From Amphiscolops sp. MND2022 (taxonomy: Eukaryota): a stretch of 64,000 nucleotides of DNA. The notes under the pieces were generated by a model. It did not search any database, had not been told where the DNA came from, and saw only the letters and a list, made by a program, of their open reading frames with translations. The stretch lies in assembly GCA_964187785.1 (NCBI GenBank), contig OZ076414.1, forward strand, positions 19,468,001-19,532,000, in the 5' to 3' direction. This document shows positions 10,151 through 21,385 of the stretch, in pieces (the stretch's first letter is position 1; every line of letters begins with the position of its first letter). Made by a program: the position numbers and the translations under genes.

Positions 10151-13100
10151 AAAATGCTGCTCAAAAATCTGCCGTACAAAAGCTATGCCAAAAATATCCG
10201 TAGCAAAATGCTGCCAAAAAAACTACGAAAAGAAACTATCGCCAAAAATAAGCGTACCGAAATGCTGCTCAAAAATCTGCCGTACAAAAGCTATGCCAAA
10301 AATATCCGTAGCAAAATGCTGCCGAAAAAACTACGAAGAGAAATTATCGCTAAAAATAAGCGTACCGAAATGCTGCTCAAAAATCTGCCGTACAAAAGCT
10401 ATGCCAAAAAAATCCGTAGCAAAATGCTGCCGAAAAAACTACGAAGAGAAACTAGCGCCCAAAATAAGCGTACCGAAATGCTGCTCAAAAATCGACCGTA
10501 CAAAAGCTATGCCAAAAATACCCGTAGCAAAATGCTGCCGAAAAAAACTACGAAGAGAAGCTATCGCCCAAAATAAGCGTACCGAAATGCTGCTCAAAAA
10601 TCGACCGTACAAAAGCTATGCCAAAAATACCCGTAGCAAAATGCTGCCGAAAAAAAAACTACGAAGAGAAACTATCGCCGAAAAATAAGCGTACCGAAAT
10701 GCTCCTCAAAAATATGCCGTACAAAAGCTATGCCAAAAATATCCGTAGCAAAATGCTGCCGAAAAAACTACGAAGAGAAACTATCGCCCAAAATAAGCGT
10801 ACCGAAATGCTGCTCAAAAAAATGACCGTACAAAACCTATGCCAAAAATATCCGTAGCAAAATGCTGCCGAAAAAACTACGAAGAGAAACTATCGCCAAA
10901 AATAAGCGTACCGAAATGCTCCTCAAAAACATGCCGTACAAAAGCTATGCCAAAAATATCCGTAGCAAAATGCTGCCGAAAAAACAACGAAAAGAAACTA
11001 TCGCCAAAAATAAGCGTACCGAAATGCTGCTCAAAAATCTGCCGTACATAAGCTATGCCAAAAATATCCGTAGCAAAATGCTGCCGAAAAAACTACGAAG
11101 AGAAACTATCGCCAAAAATAAGCGTACCGAAATGCTCCTCAAAAATCTGCCATACAAAAGCTATGCCAAAAATATCCGTAGCAAAATGCTGCCGAAAAAA
11201 CTACGAAGAGAAACTATCGCCCAAAATAAGCGTACCGAAATGCTGCTCAAAAATCTACCGTACAAAAGCTATGCCAAAAATATCCGTAGCAAAATGCTGC
11301 CGAAAAAACTACGAAGAGAAACTATCGCCAAAAATAGGCGTACCGAAATGCTCCTCAAAAATCTGCCGTACAAAAGCTATGCCAAAAATATCCGTAGCAA
11401 AATGCTGCCGAAAAAACAACGAAAAGAAACTATCGCCAAAAATAAGCGTACCGAAATGCTGCTCAAAAATCTGCCGTACATAAGCTATGCCAAAAATATC
11501 CGTAGCAAAATGCTGCCGAAAAAACTACGAAGAGAAACTATCGCCAAAAATAAGCGTACCGAAATGCTCCTCAAAAATCTGCCATACAAAAGCTATGCCA
11601 AAAATATCCGTAGCAAAATGCTGCCGAAAAAACTACGAAGAGAAACTATCGCCCAAAATAAGCGTACCGAATTGCTGCTCAAAAATCTGCCGTACAAAAG
11701 CTATGCCAAAAATATCCGTAGCAAAATGCTGCCGAAAAAACTACGAAGAGAAACTATCGCCAAAAAAAGCGTACCGAAATGCTGCTCAAAAATCTGCCGT
11801 ACAAAAGCTATGCCAAAAATATCCGTAGCAAAATGCTGCCGAAAAAACTACGAAGAGAAACTATCGCCAAAAATAAGCGTACCGAAAAGCTGCTCAAAAA
11901 AATGACCGTACAAAAGCTATGCCAAAAATATCCGTAGCAAAATGCTGCCGAAAAAACTACGAAGAGAAACTATCGCCAAAAATAAGCGTACCGAAATGCT
12001 CCTCAAAAATCTGCCGTACAAAAGCTATGCCAAAAATATCCGTAGCAAAATGCTGCCGAAAAAACAACGAAAAGAAACTATCGCCAAAAATAAGCGTACC
12101 GAAATGCTGCTCAAAAATCTGCCGTACAAAAGCTATGCCAAAAAAAATCCGTAGCAAAATGCTGCCGAAAAAACTACGAAGAGAAACTAGCGCCCAAAAT
12201 AAGCGTACCGAAATGCTGCTCAAAAATCGACCGTACAAAAGCTATGCCAAAAATACCCGTAGCAAAATGCTGCCGAAAAAAACTACGAAGAGAAGCTATC
12301 GCCCAAAATAAGCGTACCGAAATGCTGCTCAAAAATCGACCGTACAAAAGCTATGCCAAAAATACCCGTAGCAAAATGCTGCCGAAAAAAAAACTACGAA
12401 GAGAAACTATCGCCGAAAAATAAGCGTACCGAAATGCTCCTCAAAAATATGCCGTACAAAAGCTATGCCAAAAATATCCGTAGCAAAATGCTGCCGAAAA
12501 AACTACGAAGAGAAACTATCGCCCAAAATAAGCGTACCGAAATGCTGCTCAAAAAATGACCGTACAAAATCTATGCCAAAAATATCCGTAGCAAAATGCT
12601 GCCGAAAAAACTACGAAGAGAAACTATCGCCAAAAATAAGCGTACCGAAATGCTCCTCAAAAATATGCCGTACAAAAGCTATGCCAAAAATATCCGTAGC
12701 AAAATGCTGCCGAAAAAACAACGAAAAGAAACTATCGCCAAAAATAAGCGTACCGAAATGCTGCTCAAAAATCTGCCGTACATAAGCTATGCCAAAAATA
12801 TCCGTAGCAAAATGCTGCCGAAAAAACTACGAAGAGAAACTATCGCCAAAAATAAGCGTACCGAAATGCTCCTCAAAAATCTGCCATACAAAAGCTATGC
12901 CAAAAATATCCGTAGCAAAATGCTGCCGAAAAAACTACGAAGAGAAACTATCGCCCAAAATAAGCGTACCGAAATGCTGCTCAAAAATCTACCGTACAAA
13001 AGCTATGCCAAAAATATCCGTAGCAAAATGCTGCCAAAAAAACTACGAAGAGAAACTATCGCCAAAAATAAGCGTACCGAAATGCTCCTCAAAAATCTGC

Positions 13101-13959
13101 CGTACAAAAGCTATGCCAAAAATATCCGTAGCAAAATGCTGCCGAAAAAACAACGAAAAGAAACTATCGCCAAAAATAAGCGTACCGAAATGCTGCTCAA
13201 AAATCTGCCGTACATAAGCTATGCCAAAAATATCCGTAGCAAAATGCTGCCGAAAAAACTACGAAGAGAAACTATCGCCAAAAATAAGCGTACCGAAATG
13301 CTCCTCAAAAATCTGCCATACAAAAGCTATGCCAAAAATATCCGTAGCAAAATGCTGCCGAAAAAACTACGAAGAGAAACTATCGCCCAAAATAAGCGTA
13401 CCGAAATGCTGCTCAAAAATCTGCCGTACAAAAGCTATGCCAAAAATATCCGTAGCAAAATGCTGCCGAAAAAACTACGAAGAGAAACTATCGCCAAAAA
13501 AAAAGCGTACCGAAATGCTGCTCAAAAATCTGCCGTACAAAAGCTATGCCAAAAATATCCGTAGCAAAATGCTGCCGAAAAAACTACGAAGAGAAACTAT
13601 CGCCAAAAATAAGCGTACCGAAATGCTGCTCAAAAAAATGACCGTACAAAAGCTATGCCAAAAATATCCGTAGCAAAATGCTGCCGAAAAAACTACGAAG
13701 AGAAACTATCGCCAAAAATAAGCGTACCGAAATGCTCCTCAAAAATCTGCCGTACAAAAGCTATGCCAAAAATATCCGTAGCAAAATGCTGCCGAAAAAA
13801 CAACGAAAAGAAACTATCGCCAAAAATAAGCGTACCGAAATGCTGCTCAAAAATCTGCCGTACAAAAGCTATGCCAAAAATATCCGTAGCAAAATGCTGC
13901 CGAAAAAACTACAAAGAAAAACTATAGCCAAAAATGAGCGTTTTGAAATGCTGCTCAAA
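10151..13959 (+). repeat. 108-bp satellite array 2 (about 35 units) with ~1,735-bp higher-order repeat
   Basis: Same unit. Variant blocks recur at offsets of 1734-1736 (10618/12353, 11055/12789, 11919/13655). Confidence 0.95.
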
Positions 13960-14192
13960 GTTCATCTTAATAGTAGGAGTTCATAGAAAAGTGTTTTCAA
14001 AAAAGTTTCAGCCCTTGCACTTCAACTTTCGACCATTGCCGGTATAAGAGCCCCAGGATTTGAATACTCGAAGCTGTGCGGTACTGATTACACCACGAGG
14101 GTGACCTTTGTTGCCTCTTCTCAGGCTAAGTGAAAAAAAAGAGGGAAAAAATGAATTAAACACGAGACAAAATAATATGTACAAAAACCTAT

Positions 14193-15167
14193 TTACAATA
14201 ACTGGCGAATCGCTGAGTTTACTGCTCTTGCCAGGTTGACTCCCCGGCGAGTGTCTCCTTTCACCCGAACGAGGCAGTCTCTGATGCCAATCACGGGGAG
14301 CATCTTTCTTATCATTGGGGGGCCGTTGACTCCTACTCCTCGGGGTGCTGGTCGCAACACCACAACCACGGATCCATTGCGCCCCCTTGCCTCTCGTCTA
14401 ACGGTGTGGGGGTTGCGTAGAGGTGCACACCCTAGCCTCAGTTGTATCCAGTTCAGAGTTGATCTCGATCGAGCTGTGGCTTCAGCTGCTCTGTCACTTT
14501 TTTTTATCGCCTCGGCATAGCCATAAAAACCCTCCCCATCTCCTGCCATTGCAATGGCGTGGTATCGAACTCTGGAGTTCAACAAGTTGGTCTTCTTTTT
14601 CCCATAGAGGGGACGAACCTTGAGTGTTTCTTCCCTGATCTCCTGAAACAACCGAGATGTTGCTTTTTTTTGGATTGTCTTGTAGTGCACATTTTATGGT
14701 TTTCCTGTTATCAGAACAAAGTTTTTCTGACAGCTTTTCAAGGTAATTTTTCGTTCCATTTTGATTTTGCAACATGTGATAAACAACTCTTGGTGAAAAA
14801 ATACTGGTGTTACTTACTCTAATGTCATCGTCGTCGTTTTCATCACTGATGATTTCAGCAACGTCTGCGCCGCCGCCTAGTTCTTGTTCACCTTCCACAT
14901 CACTCTGTAACAAGCATTAGGTCAACCTAGTTTTTTGAGTGAGACACGCTAGTTCATGAAAAAAATACTTTCAAAGATCGTTTGTATGTGTCACAATACT
15001 TTTTTGATACCCCCCTCCCAATAATGTAGTTTTAAAAGGTGTTCTTTGTTTACCTCAATTTCTCCCTCTGATGATATGGACATGGGTTCTTCTGAGTCGC
15101 TCCATTCTCCATCGTATTCTCCCTCCTGGCAGCCCCCTGGGATGTGATTGAAAGTTGTGCTGGACAT
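14193..15167 (-). CDS. Divergent ribosomal protein uS5 (RPS2)-like protein, 3 exons (15167-15054, 14904-14818, 14642-14193), 216 aa
   Basis: ACCATG start; GTAAAC...CTAATGCTTGTTACAG and GTAAGT...TTTCAG introns, both phase 0. Exon 3 EETLKVRP...RVRYHAIAMAGDGEG...PHTVRREARGRNGSVVVVLRPAPRGVGV...GIRDC aligns by eye to RPS2 DEVLKIMP...TRFKAFVAIGD...[28 protein letters not shown]...GIDDC. Confidence 0.85.
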
Positions 15168-16399
15168 GGTTCAGAAATTAGAAGTTGAATTGTTTGAAGC
15201 AAAGTTGTTTTAGATGAAAATTAGCAGCTGATTTCAGTGAAATTGGTGGTCTAACTGGTTCTCAAAAATTTCAATTTTTCTCTATAGTTATTTCATCATA
15301 CTTGAGGTTTTGCGCGTCGTTCATTTTCTCAGGTTTTTGTTTAGCAGCATCCTAGTTTAGAGTTTTCTGGCTTGTCAGTCTCTGATGAAGTCTCCTTGAT
15401 GATATTTCGTTGTGACAAATGCCTTTGTCCCCTTGTCATTTCATCCAAAACAAGAAGTTCCTTCTCACCAGTTTTGTTTACTTCAGTTGCGTGCGAAATT
15501 TCAACTTTGGTACGTAAAATAGGTCACCGCTTTCTCTGCTCAGACACTATGTAAACAAAAGGATTTTGAAGTGCTTTCTTTTGTTTGCACAAGTAGAGTG
15601 AAAATTTATCACCCTGCGAAAGACAAAATTCATCTCATGATCATAAAATTTTTATGAGGGGTTGTAAAATTTTCGGGAGTCACCGACCCGTTGAAAGAGT
15701 GGAGGAGTCACTTGACCCTCTAATTACCTAACAATTTTACATACTACTTACAACTTTTTGTTTCAAAAATTTCAAGTTATACTGTTACACCATGAGAACT
15801 GAAACAAGTAAATTAAGAAGCAGTATGATAATACATACACATACCACGTCACATTATAAAAAAATACTGTTACACCATAGTATTTTAAGGAATTTTGGAC
15901 TTTTTCGAACCACTGGTAATGAAAACCAGAGCCGCCTTGAAACCAACTTTAATATTTAACACTGAAAATACTTTCTTGAAAATTGAACAGTCGAAAGAGT
16001 TGCTAATTTCGCCGAAAGATTTTCACGGAGTAAAAGTTGAATAATAGCATTTTGTGATCAGTTTGTGGTGTAAATTCTGAAGGAGGGCATTTTCAGAGGA
16101 AAGTAGTAAATTCAAGTTAGAAATCTGAATCAAAGGTAGATAGTTGTCGCAGGCAATTTGTTACGAACAGCGGTTTTTGAAAGATTTCATGATATATTTC
16201 AGATGACAAAGGAAAAAATTAGCGAAGTGTTAAAAAATTGTAATTTTTCGTTGATTTCAAAAAATACCCCTGTGAAATGTAAAAAAATTTTGGTTTCAGG
16301 GGCTTTCGTGTCAATGGATTATGTTAAAATTTATAACGATTTGAAGCTTTTCGTAAGCGAATTTGAGTGTCTTGAGATATTTAGTACCCTAGTGCAGAA

Positions 16400-16720
16400 A
16401 CAATTGAGCAAAAAACGACCGCTCGCTCTATACTCCATATGACACTCGAAAGTGCCAAACCATCTCGTGCACAAATAATGCGTCTTATTAATCTGAAGGT
16501 ATTTGACAGTGTATGACTTAACCGTCTGCTGTATGAATTTTTAAATTTCATTTCTGACAAAATGAATTGATTAATCGAACCGTTTCTAAAAAAACAGTCG
16601 CTTTCATCAAAACAAAAGGGTACCAATAACTAAAATTCCAGATTGCCATAGGTGTTCCACAAGGGAGTATGTTGTGACCTTTTCTCTTCGTTATTTTCCT
16701 CAATTTTCTCAGCAATGAAA
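16400..16720 (+). pseudogene. Degenerate non-LTR reverse transcriptase remnant
   Basis: Remnant motifs LINLKVFDSV (about 16486) and GVPQGSML*PFLFVIFLN (about 16650). Confidence 0.6.
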
Positions 16721-17899
16721 TAAGAAAATTGAAGTTTGTTCGAAAAATTTTTTTGCAACTTTTCCGGAACCCTTTTGATGACTGAAACTGTTTCAATTTT
16801 GAATGAACGCTCATGCCCTCATATCACAGAAACAGAAAAGTTCAAATTTCACGATGACCAGCAATATACAGTTAAATCCACCTAATTCGTATCGCTGGGG
16901 ACCGAATAAAATAGCACGGATACGGAGAAATACGAATTATCCGGATGATATTACTTTGGTCTTCACGAACACGGGCATCTATTTTGCGATTCAGCGTTTT
17001 GTTCAACAAATTAAGTCATTCACTTGAGTAGGTTTTTAAATTTTTTCTATCGGTTGGCCCTGAAGCTTTCAACGTATCCCCTTTTCTAACCTGATTATTG
17101 ACAAAGCCATCCCCCACAGGCCAAACCAACCTAAGGCCATTCAAACAACCTAAATTTCTGCTTTTTACGGGCATCGTTACTAAGAAAACATTGGACGTTT
17201 TAGTGTCATTCGAGCTTTTCACTCAGCAAAAATTAATCCATGTTAATACTACAGCGCTTCAGATAGTCTAGTTTGAAGTCCCTCCTACATCTTGATAATT
17301 CTTTGCTCAGGTATTTGACCCTAAAACTACGAAATATAAATTAACCGCTTGTGAAAAACATTTTGAAGGAATGTAATTAGAAAGAACGAAACACATATTC
17401 TGCAGAACTTTTCAATTCTACAAAAGTGTATTTTTTAAGATTCATATGAAATAGAAGTCGTTACCTTTTTGTCATTCAGATCAGAAGCTTTCAAAATGTT
17501 CAAATTTGGCAGCGGAATAGGAGTTGAAACGTTTTCCATTCATCCAAGCTACGACACCCACAATCAAACAGAATTCTGAAATTAGAAATTTCTGAATGAA
17601 CACGACCGAAACAGTGCCAATTTTTATCCGTAATACTCTCAGATGACAAAGATTGTCGTCATAACACTAGTGCCGTGTAGGTCATCATGTAGGGGGAGGA
17701 AACACAACCGTGGTATGCAAACAAATGGAAACGAAATGAACTATAGAGCAGAACTGCTACAACTGATGCCAGCCACTATCAGTTAGAAGACCTTCGCAAC
17801 CAAAAAAGAAAAAATCACAAGTGCCATTTAGATATTTGAAGAAGAAAGAATTAAATTTTCTCTGATGCTATGTTTAAAAAATTGAACAATAGTACCAGT

Positions 17900-18605
17900 A
17901 CAGAAGTACAATGCAGTCAGTTTAAATAAAATATAGCACCAGAGGGGACCCTCCAAAGGTTATTATTCCTAAACGGGGGAGGACCCTCCAAACACAAGGG
18001 CATCAACAAAAAACTATGTCTGCCAGACGTTCGCTACTTATTTTGTTTTTAATTTTTAATATCAATCTTTTAGTCTCATTTTCACCGATAGATTCATAAT
18101 TGCGAGGTAATACCTTCGTTTTTAGTGAATGATTCAGTAAGACAGTTCCACGATATTTTAATGATTGTCGGCTAACTTGCGTTCGTGCTTCAGGTACATA
18201 GAACATATTGGAAGAAACACTCCGAGTAAAAACAAGTGAATTTCTGTGGATAAATACGCTCTTGATATTATGCAGTTGACTTTTTCTACTAGAACGCACG
18301 GTGAATTTCAATAGTGTAAATACGTATAGATCAAAAACATTCATAATTTCGCTTCTTTTGAACAATCATCCGATGGATATCGTCTGTTTTTAAAATATGT
18401 AATACGGAGGATTTTTTTCTGATCAAGAAATATATCATTCAGTACACTCTTCCTCGTGCACCCATATATCAAGAGTCCGTATTGGATAATTGGTTTCATG
18501 TATGTTTTATAATATCGTATCACTACCGAACAACTGGTGAAATGCCTTAGACGGTTAATAATGGATACATGTTTAGCTAATTTATTCAGTACTCGTTTGA
18601 CGTGG
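17900..18605 (-). mobile_element. 3' part of CR1/L2-type LINE-A (ORF2 C-terminus and 3' UTR)
   Basis: HVKRVLNKLAKHVSIINRLRHF...YMKPIIQYGLLIYG continues in frame from LDKNLTYGF at 35290 and above once the LTR element is removed. Left boundary approximate. Confidence 0.85.
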
Positions 18606-20269
18606 TGTCGCAGCCCCAAAGATGCGATGGGTCCGGAGTGCATCAGTAAAAGATAACCAACGACTTCGACAAACATTCTAAATACTGATATTTTTGTTTC
18701 TTTTCTCTTCATTTTTATCAAGTCATGTAAATTCTAGGTATATTTTGTATATTTGGATCATTGTGAGATTTTCCTGAGCTGTTATTGGAAGATAATTCAT
18801 GTAAGAAGGCGCTAAAATACATGGTTCATTACAAATATTAGTGTAAAACTCTCTATGCTATGAATTCCGTGCTTATTATGCGTCAATATGCCGTAAATGT
18901 TGTGACGTATAAGCGTCAAAAGTCATTTTTAGAATATTTTATATGCGTCATCATACGTAAACTTGACTCACGCATATGCGGCATTGTACGTTTTTAACTA
19001 CAAGACAATATACGTTTTTGGATAAACTGCATATGCGGCAATATGCGTTTTTACAATGCAATTATACACTGTTGAGCAGTTCTTATGTTATCGTATGTAC
19101 GTCAACATGCGGTTTTCGCAGCGAAAGTATGAACGAATTGTGCAATATGGATTATGGAGTGTATGTGCTATTGTGCGTTATTGAATGTTGATGCTTACAT
19201 GCTGTATACGCTATCCTGCAGTACCGGTAATACCGCATATACGTCATTATGCATTTTTAGCTGTACTCTCATCATTTTGAAGTCATGTAGCGTTTAATTC
19301 ATCTAATGATACTTGAAACGTATTATACAGCGTCTAGCCTTGTTTTCCTAGGATTTTCACGGTCCCTTGATAATATTTAGGGTGTCATTGTAGTGTGATT
19401 TAAAGGATATAAATAGAATGATGTGATTTTGACGTTATACTGTTTTTAGCTCTTTAAATAATGATACCTGTAAATGTGATTGTCATCCTTTTTGTATTTT
19501 TTGGAAAACTGAAGGGACCATTCATTCGAATTTTATCTCTTTCATCAAGCAGTTGCTCACTTTTCAACCTGGTTTTTGAAAGCAGTCTTTTTGACTAACA
19601 TTGTTTTATCTCCCGAATTGTCTTTAGATAATTCTTTTGAATAAATTCAAATTCTTCCCCAACAGCCAAAATATCGTTTTCCTTTGAGAAAGATGGGGAA
19701 CAAAAGAAGTAGAAGGTCCAGGAGATTGGAGACCCCGTCTCCAGAAAGAGAACTCAATGAAACACAGGTAGAAACATCAACCCAAGGTAATATTACTTTG
19801 ACAAATGCCGAATCTAATACCCATGGAAACCTTGACAATGATGAACTTAGGAACCAATTAATTGAACCTAGCCAATTAAGCAATGAAATACAATCGTGGA
19901 CTGAGAATTTTGAACAAAAGAACAATGATAGAATAACAAAAATGAGAGAAGAAATGGAGAACAAACTAGATGCAATCCTGAAGGAGATAAAATCTAATAA
20001 AAGTGTATCAACAGTAACAAACCCAAGATCTGAAATGGATGATATACAAAACATACAGCCTTCGGGATCCAAAACTAATAGGTCTATTGGAGTACACGCA
20101 TCTCACATCTATAACTCAGACTCAGAAAACGACGATTATCCACTACAAGCTTCTAAAATGGGAGACCTGAAACATCCTGCTAAACCATTGTTCAGATGCG
20201 AATCTGATGTAGATGTAACTATACATTCGGACGAAGAGTCCGATGCAGAGGAAGTGGAGGATTATCACA
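18606..20269 (+). repeat. 5' LTR (1,664 bp)
   Basis: TGTCGCAGCC...ATTATCACA; roughly 20 differences from the 3' LTR counted by eye. Confidence 0.95.
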
Positions 20270-20281
20270 TGGTGACAGGAG
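20270..20281 (+). promoter_or_regulatory. Putative primer-binding site TGGTGACAGGAG
   Basis: TGG immediately follows the LTR-terminal CA; cognate tRNA not identified. Confidence 0.6.
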
Positions 20282-21375
20282 TTAACAAACATCTCCATAG
20301 ACAAAGTTCACAAAACTCCCAACCCTTAAACGATACCATTGGATCCCGCGCAGATTGACAAACATCAACAGCCATTAAAACACCTTCTGACCCAGTAAAC
20401 CAAATTGCCCAAGCAATAGAGAAACTAGCAAACAAAAATGCACCACAATCACTGTTTCATCCAAAAAACACATTGACTTTCAATGGAAAAAATGAGAAAA
20501 ATGAGAAATTCGAATACTTCGAAGACTTGTTCCACACTACGCTTCGTATGCAGCCAAATCTAACCGAGGAAATGAATTCACTTCCACGCTCACCTTAGGG
20601 GTTTAGCCTTGAAAACCTTCAAAAACATACAAAGAACTCCAACCACAACCCTAGAGGACATCTTGAAGGTCTTCCGTAGAAAATATGTAAAACCAGAATC
20701 CAGTGCTTCGGCAAAGCACCGATTTAACAGACTTTTCTTTGACCCCGAAAACCAAAAACTACCAGACTTCCTCGAAGAGCTCCAAGAAAGTGCTGAAAAA
20801 GCGTTTGGAGACAATGCACATCAGATGATAGAGAATTTACTCTATGCAAAGATGCCCCCTCACCTTAAAAAGTCCATCAATCAAGCCTATCTTGAGAATG
20901 GGAGTTACGAACAGATCGTAAAACATCTCGAGAGAGAGATGGAACTAAACGGCTTGGAGGCAGACGAACCGTCGGTCAAGACCCAAATGACCGTCACCAA
21001 AAAAGAACAAAAGACTGACAAACCGACCAAAAAACAAAATGAAAACCCTAAAACGCAAACCCCAAAAACAGTACCCAACAAGACACTTAAAAATGACCAA
21101 TGCCGTTATTGCAAAGAGGCGGGCCACATGATGGCCGACTGCCCCAAATTAGCAAAACGGTGTAAACTTGAAGAAGATCCGGATGCAGAAAAATGTCAAA
21201 ACTGCAACACACCCGGGCATGAAGAGGAAAACTGCTACTTTGGTGCCAATATGGAAAATCGTCCATCGAAATGGAACCTTACTGACGCTCAAAAGAAAGT
21301 CATCGAAGCTTACAAACAAGCCCGAAAACCTATTAAACCAAAAATAGAACGACCTCAACAATCCTCTTCTAAGGA

Positions 21376-21382
21376 TTTAAAC
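21376..21382 (+). promoter_or_regulatory. -1 ribosomal frameshift heptamer T TTA AAC
   Basis: Correctly phased X XXY YYZ heptamer directly before the gag TAG; the -1 frame equals the frame of the protease ORF at 21805. Confidence 0.75.
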
Positions 21383-21385
21383 TAG

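Larger units (their letters stand above)
5481..11742 (+). repeat. Tandem duplication, 3,131-bp unit (pPolB 3' part plus satellite)
   Basis: 5481 GATATGCGAGCC recurs at 8612 and the duplicated ORFs are offset by 3131. The junction satellite...CTAC-GA-TATGCG has a 2-nt GA microhomology. The right end is approximate because it lies in the satellite. Confidence 0.95.
19693..21385 (+). pseudogene. gag: gag (starts within the LTR; stop at 20356, frameshift near 20575)
   Basis: MGNKRSRRSRR... reads across the LTR end. After the in-frame TGA the frame continues QTSTAIKTPSDPV...FEDLFHTTLRMQP. Knuckles CRYCKEAGHMMADC and CQNCNTPGHEEENC. Confidence 0.85.

Noticed and set aside
7019-13959. CRISPR-like array
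   Set aside because: There are no unique spacers, the context is eukaryotic, and no cas genes are present.
7019-13959. Bent DNA from phased A-tracts
   Set aside because: Eight A-tracts per 108 bp gives about 13.5-bp spacing, out of phase with the ~10.5-bp helical repeat.
6998-13986. Many Lys-rich ORFs (MLPKKLRRET..., MPKISVAKCC...)
   Set aside because: They are by-products of a 108-bp unit (a multiple of 3) that lacks stops in two frames. They are broken at random by homopolymer indels, so there is no sign of frame selection.
13960-14190. Right terminal inverted repeat of the Polinton-like element
   Set aside because: No AG/CT-type terminus is recognisable and the left end lies outside the window.
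14193-14642. Mitochondrial MRPS5 or bacterial rpsE
   Set aside because: PHTV and GSVxVxLxPAPRG match the eukaryotic/archaeal cytosolic type better; no gene symbol given pending phylogeny.
14660-14675. Frameshift at the A8 run joining the two minus-strand ORFs of the uS5-like gene
   Set aside because: A 175-nt GTAAGT...TTTCAG phase-0 intron spanning this run explains the frame change without any error.
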